DNA of 56,373 bases from a virus (lineage: Duplodnaviria; Caudoviricetes), in the IMG/VR virus record IMGVR_UViG_3300029319_007099, positions 1 to 56,373 of that record; one strand, 5' to 3'. Positions within the stretch are counted from its first letter, which is position 1. Every line of letters begins with the position of its first letter. Under the pieces are notes generated by a model. It searched no databases, was not told the origin of the DNA, and was given only the letters and a program-made list of their open reading frames with translations. Shown here piece by piece: positions 28,147 through 38,229 of this stretch. Position numbers and translations under genes: made by a program.

Positions 28147-29444
28147 TGAAATACGATTTTAGCGACGATATCCAGCGCGGCATACTATTCCTTTCCAAGT
28201 ACAGCCGAGACTTTTATCTTCAGATTAGCTCACTCGTCCGTCCTGAATACTTTGAGTTCCCTATACACTCAAACATCTTTCAGGCTATCAGCCAGTATTA
28301 CGAGGACTACAAGGATATCCCTAAGGACCTACACCTTCTAGAGTGTGTTAAGGATTACAAAGGGACCAAGGAGGATTTGTCTGACTATGATGACGAGCTT
28401 CATCGCGTTAACTCTATGGATGCTTCATGCATAGGGCACACCGAGTTCTTCTTGGACATTATTGAGAAGTTCGCTCAGAAGTCTGCCATGCGAGAGGCCA
28501 TTACTAATAGTATAGGCCTACTCAAAGATGATAGAATGGGTGAGATCGAGACTTTGGTTCGTGATGCTCTGTGCATCAACAGAAATGTCGATCTAGGTCA
28601 GACCTACTTTGAAGATGTGTTGGCTCGATTTGAGAGAAGCCTAAACGATAACAAAGGCAACAGACATGCCACAGTGTTTGATACTTTGTCTAAAGAGTTA
28701 GAAGGTGGTTTAGGTAATAAAGAATTAGCTATGGTTGTTGCCCCTCCAGGGGTAGGAAAGTCTCTGTACTTGGTCAATCAAGGTGTTCAGGCTTTGATGA
28801 ACAACAAGAAAGTCCTATACATTAGTTTAGAGATGAGTGAGGATAGGATTGCGGCAAGGTTTGATTCAGTTATGACCTTGATTCCGCAGAAGAAACTGAA
28901 GGATAGCATTTCCCTGCTTCAAAAGAGACTTAGCCTGTTTTCAGAGAAATTTCCTGATGGTCAACTCATGATTAAAGAGTTCCCTACGGGACTAGCCAAC
29001 ATTAATGATGTTAGGTCTCTTCTTGTGCAGCTTCAAAACTATCATGATTTCAAGCCTGATGTGATTCTGATTGATTATCTTGAGCTTCTACGCCCAACAC
29101 GGGATGGTCTAGCGGAGTATCAAGCACAGCAGAGAATCTCTGAGGAATTGAGGGGACTTGCTGTTGAGGGTGATGTCTTGGTTTGGACTGCAACCCAAAC
29201 TAACCGACAAGGTAGATCAGTAAAACTCATTACAGATGCCGAGTTGGCAGACGCATACGGAAAGATTAGAACCTGTGATTACGCGATCTCTTTAAACCAG
29301 ACAGAAGAGGAGTTCGATGATGGTCAGATGAGATGTTATGTTATGAAGTCTAGAAATGGAAAGCAGAGGTTCGTTGTTCCTGTTTCTATTGATTACAGCA
29401 CCCTAACTTTAAGTGAGGCTGATCCGTATGAGTCGGAAGAGTAA
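28146..29444 (+). CDS. Replicative DNA helicase (DnaB/gp41 family)
   Basis: Motifs APPGVGKS, ISLEM, LIDYLEL, WTATQTNR and KSRNG. Confidence 0.93.
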   Translation: MKYDFSDDIQRGILFLSKYSRDFYLQISSLVRPEYFEFPIHSNIFQAISQYYEDYKDIPKDLHLLECVKDYKGTKEDLSDYDDELHRVNSMDASCIGHTEFFLDIIEKFAQKSAMREAITNSIGLLKDDRMGEIETLVRDALCINRNVDLGQTYFEDVLARFERSLNDNKGNRHATVFDTLSKELEGGLGNKELAMVVAPPGVGKSLYLVNQGVQALMNNKKVLYISLEMSEDRIAARFDSVMTLIPQKKLKDSISLLQKRLSLFSEKFPDGQLMIKEFPTGLANINDVRSLLVQLQNYHDFKPDVILIDYLELLRPTRDGLAEYQAQQRISEELRGLAVEGDVLVWTATQTNRQGRSVKLITDAELADAYGKIRTCDYAISLNQTEEEFDDGQMRCYVMKSRNGKQRFVVPVSIDYSTLTLSEADPYESEE

Positions 29445-29814
29445 GCACCTATTTGATCTCATTGGAAGCCAAGGCCTTGTTTATGGTCGCGTCGATGTTG
29501 GGTGGGCTGTATTTGACATTAAACTAGTTTCTGGTTTGAAGTCAGGAGAATCGACCTGTTGGGGAACTTGTGATTTCGACACCTATGTCATTAGCTTAGA
29601 AAAAAAGATGGATGATGCTCCTGCGAGAGAAACTTTGCTGCATGAAATTTGTCATATCTTCTTAGACTTCTGTGGGTTAGGAGGAGCGGGTGAAGAAAGC
29701 GAGGAATCCATAACAACTTCAAACGAGGCTGTGACTATTACAATGTCTAGAGCGATGATTATGTTCGCTCGACTAAACCCAGAACTAGCAAAAGAATTAT
29801 TATGCCTAAATTAG
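29428..29814 (+). CDS. HExxH zincin-like phage protein
   Basis: WGTC...ETLLHEICH...NE. Confidence 0.65.
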   Translation: MSRKSKHLFDLIGSQGLVYGRVDVGWAVFDIKLVSGLKSGESTCWGTCDFDTYVISLEKKMDDAPARETLLHEICHIFLDFCGLGGAGEESEESITTSNEAVTITMSRAMIMFARLNPELAKELLCLN

Positions 29815-30248
29815 ATATAAATAAAATTATTAATGACCTAGATATGGATACATACAATGAGATTTGTCAAAGTATAACTAAGATAGATAGGACAAACATG
29901 GATGTTGAGTTATCTCGTCACGCAAGCCATTACTCCTACTACTCAGCTATGCAGGATCTTTGTAAGAAGAAGTTGGATGACAAAAACTTAGAACTAACCA
30001 TGTACATGGCTAGAACAAGAAAAGAGAGAACGGAAGAGGGAAGAGGCCTAGCAAAGAAGCCTACAGCAAAAGACTTAGACGATTTCGTCCTGTCCCAAGA
30101 GGAGTACGGGCGCATTTGTCTTCAAGTGAATGAATTAACTTTGAAGTATAATATGCTAAAAAGTTTAGTTCAGTCGCTGAGTCAGAAAAAAGACTTGCTT
30201 GTGCAGCTATCAGCTAACATGCGAGCAGAAAAAAACATTTACAGCTAA
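29802..30248 (+). CDS. UvsY-like recombination mediator
   Basis: Helical protein with KID, YSYY and a C-terminal ANMRAE; between helicase and SSB. Confidence 0.6.
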   Translation: MPKLDINKIINDLDMDTYNEICQSITKIDRTNMDVELSRHASHYSYYSAMQDLCKKKLDDKNLELTMYMARTRKERTEEGRGLAKKPTAKDLDDFVLSQEEYGRICLQVNELTLKYNMLKSLVQSLSQKKDLLVQLSANMRAEKNIYS

Positions 30249-30311
30249 CACAACTGGCACAGTCTGCCTATTATAGCACTCACAGCTTAACTAACTACAA
30301 AGGAGTTTATC

Positions 30312-31052
30312 ATGGCTATTGATTTAGATAAAATTAAGGAAATCCACGCAAACCTTTCAGGCAAAGGCACTGCTGGTGGAGGGATGTCAGACGCATTCCT
30401 CAAGATTGAAGAGGGCACGAACACTATTCGTATCATGCCCCCCAAGGAAGAGGATCAGGACTTCTATGCGATGACTAAATTGCACAGGATTCCTATGGCT
30501 GATGGCACTGTGAAGAATATTCACTGCCGACAGGTTCATGGGGAGCAGTGTCCTATCTGCAACCTTTACTACTCTTTGTGGAAAGAGCCCACAAAGGATG
30601 AGAATCTCGCTCGACAAATTAAAGGGCGTGATCGCTACTACATGAATGTAGTTGATCGAAACACAGGGGATGTCAAGATCCTCTCTGTAGGCATCCTACT
30701 ATTCAAGAAAATTATTGCAGCGATGGTTGATCCCGATTACGGCGATATCACCGACGCTGAGGAGGGTCACGATTTCAAGATTGTCAAGGTCATGGAAGGA
30801 CAATGGCCCAAGTATGACCAATCAGCACCTCGCCCCAAATCCACCCCTGCGGGTAGCGGCAAGGAGGTTGCTGAGTGGATGGACTCTCTGCATGATATCC
30901 AGAATCTTGTGAAGCTGGAGGATTATGAGGAGCTTAAGCAGATCGCTGAAAGTATCAACCCTTTCGCAGCGGTTGAGAGGTCTGCTAACGACATCAACCG
31001 TTCTACTACAGAGGTTGGTGATGATGATTACATGGAAAGATTACAATCATGA
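30312..31052 (+). CDS. Single-stranded DNA-binding protein (gp32-like)
   Basis: GTNTIRIMPP, H..C...CPIC Zn motif, RYYMNV, YGDITD..GHDFKI and an acidic C-terminus. Confidence 0.85.
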   Translation: MAIDLDKIKEIHANLSGKGTAGGGMSDAFLKIEEGTNTIRIMPPKEEDQDFYAMTKLHRIPMADGTVKNIHCRQVHGEQCPICNLYYSLWKEPTKDENLARQIKGRDRYYMNVVDRNTGDVKILSVGILLFKKIIAAMVDPDYGDITDAEEGHDFKIVKVMEGQWPKYDQSAPRPKSTPAGSGKEVAEWMDSLHDIQNLVKLEDYEELKQIAESINPFAAVERSANDINRSTTEVGDDDYMERLQS

Positions 31053-31441
31053 AAAATATTATTCTACCTGCCGCTTTTGCGGTTCTACTCGGAACGGGTC
31101 TGATGTCCTGTTCCATGGTTGAGACCTTCACTGCTGAAGGCGCAGCCGACAGCCCTGGAGGCTTTCTCGACACCTTGTGGACTCTATTGAAGGGTTTCCT
31201 TCCCAGCCTTGCAGCGTGGGAAGGTGGGTGCGCTGTTTTTAGCCCCAGAAAGAGGCAACACTACTCTAACATGGTTATGGCTATTGTTCCTATGAACAAG
31301 AACATGGAGTTTGGGGATGCTCTTAAGTCTTTAGGCTCTGGCCTTGGACTTGCTCACTCCTCCGACGCTAGTAAAGCCGCCAATGATGAGGAAGTTGCTG
31401 CTAAAAAAGTTGAGGCTGCAAAACCTGCAAAAAAAGCATAA
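31049..31441 (+). CDS. Putative lipoprotein/membrane protein
   Basis: MKNIILPAAFAVLLGTGLMSC lipobox-like signal, an amphipathic helix and an Ala/Lys tail. Confidence 0.65.
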   Translation: MKNIILPAAFAVLLGTGLMSCSMVETFTAEGAADSPGGFLDTLWTLLKGFLPSLAAWEGGCAVFSPRKRQHYSNMVMAIVPMNKNMEFGDALKSLGSGLGLAHSSDASKAANDEEVAAKKVEAAKPAKKA

Positions 31442-31462
31442 CAACTAAAAAGTAGGATCTAT

Positions 31463-31496
31463 AATAAGAGGAGCTTTCGGGCTCCTCTTATTTTTT
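31463..31496 (+). terminator. Rho-independent terminator directly before the glycan island
   Basis: AATAAGAGGAGCT-TTCG-GGCTCCTCTTATT plus T run; a TATAAT overlaps the left arm. Confidence 0.8.
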
Positions 31497-31500
31497 ATAT

Positions 31501-32745
31501 ATGGAAAAACTAAAGATTTTATGTTGCCCAGCCAATGATGGTGGGTGCAGTTATTACAGGGCTTGGTCACCTTTTGCTAAACTTGCAGAGAAGTTTCCTG
31601 ATTTAATTGAACTTCGGTTCGACAAAAATCCTCTAGGACTAGACCCAGAAAAAGGTCAGTGGGACGAGAGTTTTGATTTTGAAAATATGAAGTGGGCAGA
31701 CATTGTTATGACTCAAAACATCTGCAACTGGGGTGGTCCTTACACTGCTCGCATTGTAGGTAAGGCAAAAGAGTTTGGCAAGTTCGTACATTTCGATACT
31801 GATGACCTTCTAACCGAGTTGTATGATGGACACAGACTAAAGCAAGTTTATGAGGAGCGAGGGCTTTCAGATATAACTAAATTCATTTACGCTAACTCAG
31901 ATTTAGTTACGGTCACACAAAGAAAGTTTGCTGAAAGAATACATGAGTATTGTGGTGGTGTTTTAGCCGTTATCAAGAACGCTATTGATTATAATCTGCC
32001 TTGCTGGAATGTTCCTAAGTCTAGACCTAGAAAGAAGAGAGTTGTTAGGATAGGCTGGGCAGGAGGTATTCACCATGAGGAGGATGTAAAGGAATTCGCT
32101 GGAGTGCCTCACTTTGTTAACCAGCGCGTTGGAAAAGAGAATGTTGAATGGCACTTCTTCGGTCGCCCACCCCGAGTTCCTGGTGAAGAGCAGACTGATG
32201 AGTGGCAGTTTGATGTGTGGAAAAACTACCAACGAATTCTGTTGCAGGGATTTAAAGGCGCAAACAATTGGTTCATTCATGATGCCATGTCTACAGATAG
32301 GTATGGAGAAATATTCTCTCATGTTGATCTTGCCATTGCACCTTTACAGATGAATGCTTTTAATGATTCTAAATCAGAGATTAAGGTCGCTGAATGTGGC
32401 AGATACAAGATACCTTTAGTGGCCTCGAATGTTGGCTGTTATGATGAAACAATTAAAAACGGAAAGACAGGGTATTTGATAGATCCAGGCGCACCACCTA
32501 AAGATTGGGTTAATACTCTAACGAAGATAATCAAAAACCCAAAACATAGATTAGAGATGGGACAGAACTTACATAATCTTACAGAGGAATACTTTGATTT
32601 GAATAAAGTAGTAAGGTCCCGTTTGGAGTTGTATAGAGATGCTTTCGACTTGAGAGGTGCGAAAGATCTTCATGAAAAAATGTGTGCTTTGTTAGGGGAA
32701 GGGAGCCCCGAGACTTATGATTTACCAGTGTTACCCAAAAAGTGA
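31501..32745 (+). CDS. GT-B glycosyltransferase (GT4-like)
   Basis: GCSYYR, DTDD, IGWAGG..H and DLAIAPL..NAFNDSKSEIKVAE..IPLVASNVGCY. Confidence 0.88.
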   Translation: MEKLKILCCPANDGGCSYYRAWSPFAKLAEKFPDLIELRFDKNPLGLDPEKGQWDESFDFENMKWADIVMTQNICNWGGPYTARIVGKAKEFGKFVHFDTDDLLTELYDGHRLKQVYEERGLSDITKFIYANSDLVTVTQRKFAERIHEYCGGVLAVIKNAIDYNLPCWNVPKSRPRKKRVVRIGWAGGIHHEEDVKEFAGVPHFVNQRVGKENVEWHFFGRPPRVPGEEQTDEWQFDVWKNYQRILLQGFKGANNWFIHDAMSTDRYGEIFSHVDLAIAPLQMNAFNDSKSEIKVAECGRYKIPLVASNVGCYDETIKNGKTGYLIDPGAPPKDWVNTLTKIIKNPKHRLEMGQNLHNLTEEYFDLNKVVRSRLELYRDAFDLRGAKDLHEKMCALLGEGSPETYDLPVLPKK

Positions 32746-33532
32746 ACATAAAAAGGACTTGTTCAAGGAGGGTCCTTACAAGGGTTTCGGCTTGGAGCCT
32801 GGAGTGAATAAACTATTAACTTTGAATTGTCCTGAGCTAAGAGATCCTAAGACAAGAATGCAGTTGACAGAGTATGCTTGTTTTTTGTGGCATTGGAGAA
32901 ACCCTGGGTATGATACTGATACTTGGTTTGGGACCACTTCTTTTAGGCAGTTAGATAAGTTTCCCCATATATTCAAATCTAAGGATGAGATCAGAGACTT
33001 ATTGGCTGATAATAAAATTGTTGGGTGGGGTGAGTACGATTGTTACGCAGTAACTAGAAAACCGTCTCCTAAGATGATAGAGGATCATGGATTAAAGGTG
33101 AACAATCTACCTGATGATGGCGCTTTTGCGATACCCATATCCCTCAAAGAGCAAGCTGATTTATGTCACCCAGGAATCAGCGACTACATTGAGTTCATGT
33201 TTAAGAAGTTTGGTCATACGATCCCTGATGATTGGAGTAAAGTGACCCGAGGCTTTTATGCAAACTACTGGGTTATGAGTAAAGAGTTATTGAATGATTT
33301 CATGAACTTCTCTTGGCCTATGGTGAAGTGGAGTCTGGAGAATATAGAGATAACTCATTACTATAATATTCAACCTGTTTATGGAACTGTGAGCAACAAT
33401 AAGGCTACGGGATACTTCATGGAGAGATTATTTATGCTCTGGTATCTGTCCAGGGGGATTACACCCTATAACCCTTCCGAACCCAGCCAACTAATGAACA
33501 AGTACGAATGGGAGGGGGATTATGCTGAATAG
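32717..33532 (+). CDS. DUF4422/GT111-like putative glycosyltransferase
   Basis: LTEYACFLWHWRN, FGTTSFR, ANYWVM and GYFMERLF parallel the DUF4422 pattern. Confidence 0.5.
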   Translation: MIYQCYPKSEHKKDLFKEGPYKGFGLEPGVNKLLTLNCPELRDPKTRMQLTEYACFLWHWRNPGYDTDTWFGTTSFRQLDKFPHIFKSKDEIRDLLADNKIVGWGEYDCYAVTRKPSPKMIEDHGLKVNNLPDDGAFAIPISLKEQADLCHPGISDYIEFMFKKFGHTIPDDWSKVTRGFYANYWVMSKELLNDFMNFSWPMVKWSLENIEITHYYNIQPVYGTVSNNKATGYFMERLFMLWYLSRGITPYNPSEPSQLMNKYEWEGDYAE

Positions 33533-34406
33533 TTACTGCACCTTATCAGATATAAATTATTTGGACCGAGGTTTAGCATTGTACACATCCTTATGTGAGC
33601 ATTCGACAGATAAGCCTTGGATTTTGAGTTACCTTTGTTTGGATGATGAGTCTTACAAGAAATTAGTTCAGTTAGATCTACCTTATATGCATGTTTATCA
33701 TATCGAACAGTTTGATATAAATGAAGACTTGAAAGAGGCAAAAGGTAACAGGGATAGGAAAGATTATATCTTTACTTTGGCATCATACTTCAGCGACCAC
33801 TTATTAAACTCTTTGGGTCATGACAGTATCTTCTACATGGATTCTGACATTTATTTTTATGATGATCCACAAACCATTATTGATTGCTGCGATGAGAAGG
33901 ATTGTGGCATAATGCTGCACAGACACAACTTTGTGGGGCATAGAGATGGAGGCTTCAATGTTGGGGTGGTGTGGTTTAAAAACTCTGATAAAGGTAAAGA
34001 GATTTTGTCTTGGTGGAAGAACGCTGTGCTAAAAAAGGAGCCAAAGGAGCTTTCGATCATGGGAGATCAGAAGTATTTGGAAGCATTCATTCCTATGTTT
34101 GGAGAGGATTCAGTTAAGATTATTGATGAGGACATAGGACATGGAGCCCCTTGGAACTTTAGGCTTTATGTTTATGATGATTTCAAAGACAAAGGAATCA
34201 TAGGATGGGGTGACAAAAAACAGAAGTTGGTGTTCAATCACTTCTCACAATTCTGGTATGATTTGAATGAGAAGAAGATTTCATTTGATAACAATGTTTA
34301 TGGTCACCTGACATATAATGGTGCTGTCTTCATGGTTCCCGAGGTTTATGGTATGTATGAGGGTTACTTTTCAGCGTTAGCGGAGGTTAAAGAAAAATGG
34401 CTTTAA
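33522..34406 (+). CDS. GT-A glycosyltransferase (nucleotide-diphospho-sugar transferase)
   Basis: YMDSDIYF DxD motif, FNVG, GDQKYL, APWN and HFS. Confidence 0.85.
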   Translation: MLNSYCTLSDINYLDRGLALYTSLCEHSTDKPWILSYLCLDDESYKKLVQLDLPYMHVYHIEQFDINEDLKEAKGNRDRKDYIFTLASYFSDHLLNSLGHDSIFYMDSDIYFYDDPQTIIDCCDEKDCGIMLHRHNFVGHRDGGFNVGVVWFKNSDKGKEILSWWKNAVLKKEPKELSIMGDQKYLEAFIPMFGEDSVKIIDEDIGHGAPWNFRLYVYDDFKDKGIIGWGDKKQKLVFNHFSQFWYDLNEKKISFDNNVYGHLTYNGAVFMVPEVYGMYEGYFSALAEVKEKWL

Positions 34407-35284
34407 AAATAGCTTTTGGTATGATTGTGTTTGAGGGCGATTATGTTTTACATGAGGCGCTAGAATCTGTTTACCCATACGCAGAACAGATACTTATTGC
34501 AGAGGGTCCAGTGCAGTTTTGGCAAGATAGAGGTAAGGTAACATCTACAGATAAAACGAATCAAATAATTGATAACTTTCCTGATCCTGAGGGTAAGATC
34601 TCCATTGTTCACGGACAGTTTGCCGAAAAAGATGAGCAGTGTAGAGCATACATGCCGTTCTTAAATGATGATATAGATTACATTTGGAATCTTGATTCTG
34701 ATGAGGTATTCAAAGGCGAAGATATCGAGAAGATAATTGAAATTTTGGAGAAAGAAAAGTACACTTCTGTGGGCGTCAGAAGCTGTTCTTTTTACGGCGG
34801 GTTCAACCATTACATAAGTGGTTTCGAGCAAATGAAGGACAATTTTTTGCGGATTTTTAAGGTATATCCTGGGGCAAATTGGCTCACGCACAGACCACCG
34901 ACAATAGTGGCTCCCGAGGGAGTTGAGACTTTGCCAGAGAAACACTTAGATAGCGAAACTTTGTGGAGAGATCACGGTGTACAGATGTACCACTACTCTT
35001 ATGTTTTCCCAACTCAAGTAAAGAATAAGTTAGAATATTACAAGGCCAAAGTTAGTAAGCAGTATTGTCACCCTAATTACTTTGATGATATTTATTTACC
35101 GTGGGTAACAGGCAACCGAGAGGTTGAGAAAGCTTGGAAAGGTGTGCATGAGTTTAATCCTAATATAAGAATGCACTCTTTTACAGAAGAGTTTAGTGGC
35201 TCTCATCCTGTAGCAATACTTAAGAGTATGGACAAATTAACAACGAGATTACATGACGAATTACAAAGATTCTTGGAAGAATAA
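34397..35284 (+). CDS. GT2-like glycosyltransferase
   Basis: MIVFEG, STDKT, WNLDSDE and HYSYV. Confidence 0.8.
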   Translation: MALKIAFGMIVFEGDYVLHEALESVYPYAEQILIAEGPVQFWQDRGKVTSTDKTNQIIDNFPDPEGKISIVHGQFAEKDEQCRAYMPFLNDDIDYIWNLDSDEVFKGEDIEKIIEILEKEKYTSVGVRSCSFYGGFNHYISGFEQMKDNFLRIFKVYPGANWLTHRPPTIVAPEGVETLPEKHLDSETLWRDHGVQMYHYSYVFPTQVKNKLEYYKAKVSKQYCHPNYFDDIYLPWVTGNREVEKAWKGVHEFNPNIRMHSFTEEFSGSHPVAILKSMDKLTTRLHDELQRFLEE

Positions 35285-35879
35285 AAAAGTTTTTGAGGCT
35301 CAACTCGCCCTCAATGAAAAAGAGTTAGACGCTTATCCCTTCCATTGGAATTGCTTTTTGGCTGCCATGGGGTTCTTAAAAGATAAGCCTAAATCGTTTT
35401 TAGATTTAGGTTGTGGATGCGGCGTGTTCTCTCAGATTTGCAATACGCACTTTCCTGAAATGCAATACAAAGGTGTTGATTATGCACAGGAGGCAATCGA
35501 AACAGCAGCTAAAAGATGGGGAGATTCAGACTTTATTTGGGAAGTTAAAAACTATAATGATTTATGTGGCGATGATCTAAATTTCGATGTCCTACACGCT
35601 GGCGCTATGTTGGATGTTCTGCCTGACGCAGATGAGGCCTTGAGTCATTTGTGTCAATTAGGTTATGAGAATCTAATTTTTGGTAGGATGAAAATTATTG
35701 GAGAGGACAGCAGGGTTGAAACATATGAGGCTTACGATTTAATAACAACTTATGCATTCTACCACAACCAGGACTATCTTCATAAAACACTCCAAAGCAA
35801 CGGCTATCACTACGCTGTTGTGGGAAACCCAGACAACGCCACCGTGGTTGCATCAAAAAAGGAATTAACTTTTGATTAA
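35253..35879 (+). CDS. Class I SAM-dependent methyltransferase
   Basis: FLDLGCGCG, YKGVD and FDVL. Confidence 0.88.
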   Translation: MTNYKDSWKNKKVFEAQLALNEKELDAYPFHWNCFLAAMGFLKDKPKSFLDLGCGCGVFSQICNTHFPEMQYKGVDYAQEAIETAAKRWGDSDFIWEVKNYNDLCGDDLNFDVLHAGAMLDVLPDADEALSHLCQLGYENLIFGRMKIIGEDSRVETYEAYDLITTYAFYHNQDYLHKTLQSNGYHYAVVGNPDNATVVASKKELTFD

Positions 35880-36783
35880 TTTATTTAATTTAAATAATTA
35901 CACCGTAGACTTAGGATCTTTTGATCATCATTTACATGGAAGCATAGTCACCGAGTTTGAACAAGAATTTTGTTCTTATGTCGGTGCAAAGCATGGCTGC
36001 GCTTTGAGCAGTGCCACAAATGCCATTTTTTTATCTTTGTTAGGCAAGAACACTGAGGTTACAATACCAAGTCTAATACCTCCTGTTGTGGCGAATGCAA
36101 TCGTGAATTCAGGCAATAAGGTAGCATTCAGAGACCAGATTTCATGGGTGGGTGATAGTTATCTTTTACACAACTTTGGTGATTATAAGATAGTTGATTC
36201 TGCACAAAAGGTCGAAAGAAACCAATTCGCTCAATGTGATCCGCAAGATCTTATGTTTTTTAGTTTTTACCCCACAAAACCTGTAGGTGGCATTGATGGG
36301 GGTATAATCGTTTCCGACGATGAAGAAAAGATTAATTGGTTTAGGGAGGCGTCGATGAACGGCATGAGCTACGCAGTACACAACTGGGAGAGAAAGCAGA
36401 AGTTCCCAGGGTGGAAGATGTACATGAACTCTTCACAAGCGTATGTGGCGCTTCAAAACCTTAGAAAACTAGACGAGAAGAAGCGTCGGCTGGCAGTAAT
36501 CAGACTAAGGTACAATAGACACTTTAATGAGGTCAACACCAGCGACCATCTGTATAGAATAAATGTAACTGATAGATCAACTGCAATGCAAACTCTTAAG
36601 GAGAAAGGCATTGTGTGTGGAATCCACTATGAGCCTCTACATAAGTCCGAAGTATTTTTTAGTGACGATTCTCTGCCTTGGTCGGAGAATGAAGCAAAAA
36701 CAACAATGAGCATTCCTTTTCACGAAGCCATGACAGATGAAGAGGTCGATAAGGTGATCACCGAAGTTGGTAAATTTATCTAA
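35872..36783 (+). CDS. DegT/DnrJ/EryC1/StrS PLP-dependent sugar aminotransferase
   Basis: FEQEF, SSATNA, DSAQ, SFYPTK (PLP Lys), DGG, GIHY and SIP. Confidence 0.9.
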   Translation: MINLFNLNNYTVDLGSFDHHLHGSIVTEFEQEFCSYVGAKHGCALSSATNAIFLSLLGKNTEVTIPSLIPPVVANAIVNSGNKVAFRDQISWVGDSYLLHNFGDYKIVDSAQKVERNQFAQCDPQDLMFFSFYPTKPVGGIDGGIIVSDDEEKINWFREASMNGMSYAVHNWERKQKFPGWKMYMNSSQAYVALQNLRKLDEKKRRLAVIRLRYNRHFNEVNTSDHLYRINVTDRSTAMQTLKEKGIVCGIHYEPLHKSEVFFSDDSLPWSENEAKTTMSIPFHEAMTDEEVDKVITEVGKFI

Positions 36784-37336
36784 AAGCATAGCTTTGGTAG
36801 GATCTAGTGATATCCTTCTGGATAATGATTATGGAGACTTGATAGACTCGCATGACCAAGTTGTAAGATTTAATAATGCCATTGTCACAGGCTATGAAAA
36901 ACATGTAGGAGCGAGAACTGATATTAGGGTTTCCAACCCTCATGTTTTTGATGATCACCCTGATCACCACATTCATGATGTTAGACCAGGGAGTTTAAAG
37001 CATCGGCAGGACAATCCTGAGGAGAAGTATGATTTAGTTCACGCTAATTCCTACAGACAGCCCTTATTACTGCATACTCTAACTCATGGAATACCTGAAT
37101 GCCCTACCGCAAAGCAAATCCAGAAGGAGTACACAGTGGGCACCAGTTTCGTCATACTGTGTGTGTTAGAGGGGATAGTTCCTAGTCTTTTTGGATTTAG
37201 TTTGGATATGGATAGGAGAGGAACACATTATTGGCAAGATAGAGAAGCCCCCAACATGGTTGGACATGATCAACTACAAGAACAGCAACTTCTACGGGAG
37301 TTGTCGCAAGCTAAAAAGATAAAGGTTTACCAATGA
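36767..37336 (+). CDS. GT29 sialyltransferase-family glycosyltransferase
   Basis: Sialylmotif L (IALVGSS.IL...YG..IDSHDQVVRFNNA...GYEKHVGART), S (TVG...LC.....LFGF), III (HYW) and VS (HDQLQE). Confidence 0.85.
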   Translation: MVNLSKSIALVGSSDILLDNDYGDLIDSHDQVVRFNNAIVTGYEKHVGARTDIRVSNPHVFDDHPDHHIHDVRPGSLKHRQDNPEEKYDLVHANSYRQPLLLHTLTHGIPECPTAKQIQKEYTVGTSFVILCVLEGIVPSLFGFSLDMDRRGTHYWQDREAPNMVGHDQLQEQQLLRELSQAKKIKVYQ

Positions 37337-38229
37337 CAAAAACAGTTATTCCCATCCCTCCCTCTTTTAACAAAGGGGGTCTCATGATAGAACATCACCA
37401 AACCTTTGAGTATCTCCAATGGTTATACTCAAAAGGGATAGATGAAGTTATGACAACCGCAGGAACATCTCAATTCAATATGATGAATAATCAGGAGATT
37501 TGTCATTTTAATGAGACTGTTGGCGCGTGTTTTCCAGGAAGAAAGATTTTAGGTGTTCCTGCATACAACACCTTTGACATGCAGATTTTCATAGACGATA
37601 TCAAAGGTAAAGAGATAAAAAACGCATGTTTTATGCTTCTTTATCCTGATAGATTTTATGACACCGAAACACTAGTTGATTATTTTAAAGCAGGTAGCGA
37701 TGCTTCTGAGGGTCCAGTGTATTTGCATGACATGGGTATGCGTAATGGAACTGGAGGTTCTTGGGAATACACTGCTGACTTGATAAATGATATGTATGCT
37801 CAAGGAATCATAAAAGGTATTAAGGAGGAGCATTCCACACTAGATTCTGCTTTTAAGTTTGTAAGTAGGTTGGATGAGGGCCTCGATGTCATCGTTGCAG
37901 GAGGAAGCATGAGAAGACATCAATTCCTTCGACACGCAGGGGCTAATGCCTTTTTGGGTGGGATAGGTAATTTAGCACCAGAGGTCGAGCTTGAATACTG
38001 CTCTTTAGTGGATCAAGAGTACACCAAAGAAGCTAAAGAGGTCGATTTCTTATTGCAGAAAGAAACTACCCTGTTTGAAACTTTTATGAAATTTGGATGG
38101 CACAGATCTTTAAGAGAAGGAATATCACAAATAGGATGTGGGTGCGACTATGATAGAATGCCTTGGCCTAAACGCGACGATTTTTTCAAGGCTGAGATAA
38201 AAAATTGTCTGGAGAAAACAATAAAATGA
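37333..38229 (+). CDS. DapA/NanA-family class I aldolase
   Basis: TTAGTSQF (GTTGE-like), GIKEE Schiff-base Lys and GGIGNLAP. Confidence 0.75.
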   Translation: MTKTVIPIPPSFNKGGLMIEHHQTFEYLQWLYSKGIDEVMTTAGTSQFNMMNNQEICHFNETVGACFPGRKILGVPAYNTFDMQIFIDDIKGKEIKNACFMLLYPDRFYDTETLVDYFKAGSDASEGPVYLHDMGMRNGTGGSWEYTADLINDMYAQGIIKGIKEEHSTLDSAFKFVSRLDEGLDVIVAGGSMRRHQFLRHAGANAFLGGIGNLAPEVELEYCSLVDQEYTKEAKEVDFLLQKETTLFETFMKFGWHRSLREGISQIGCGCDYDRMPWPKRDDFFKAEIKNCLEKTIK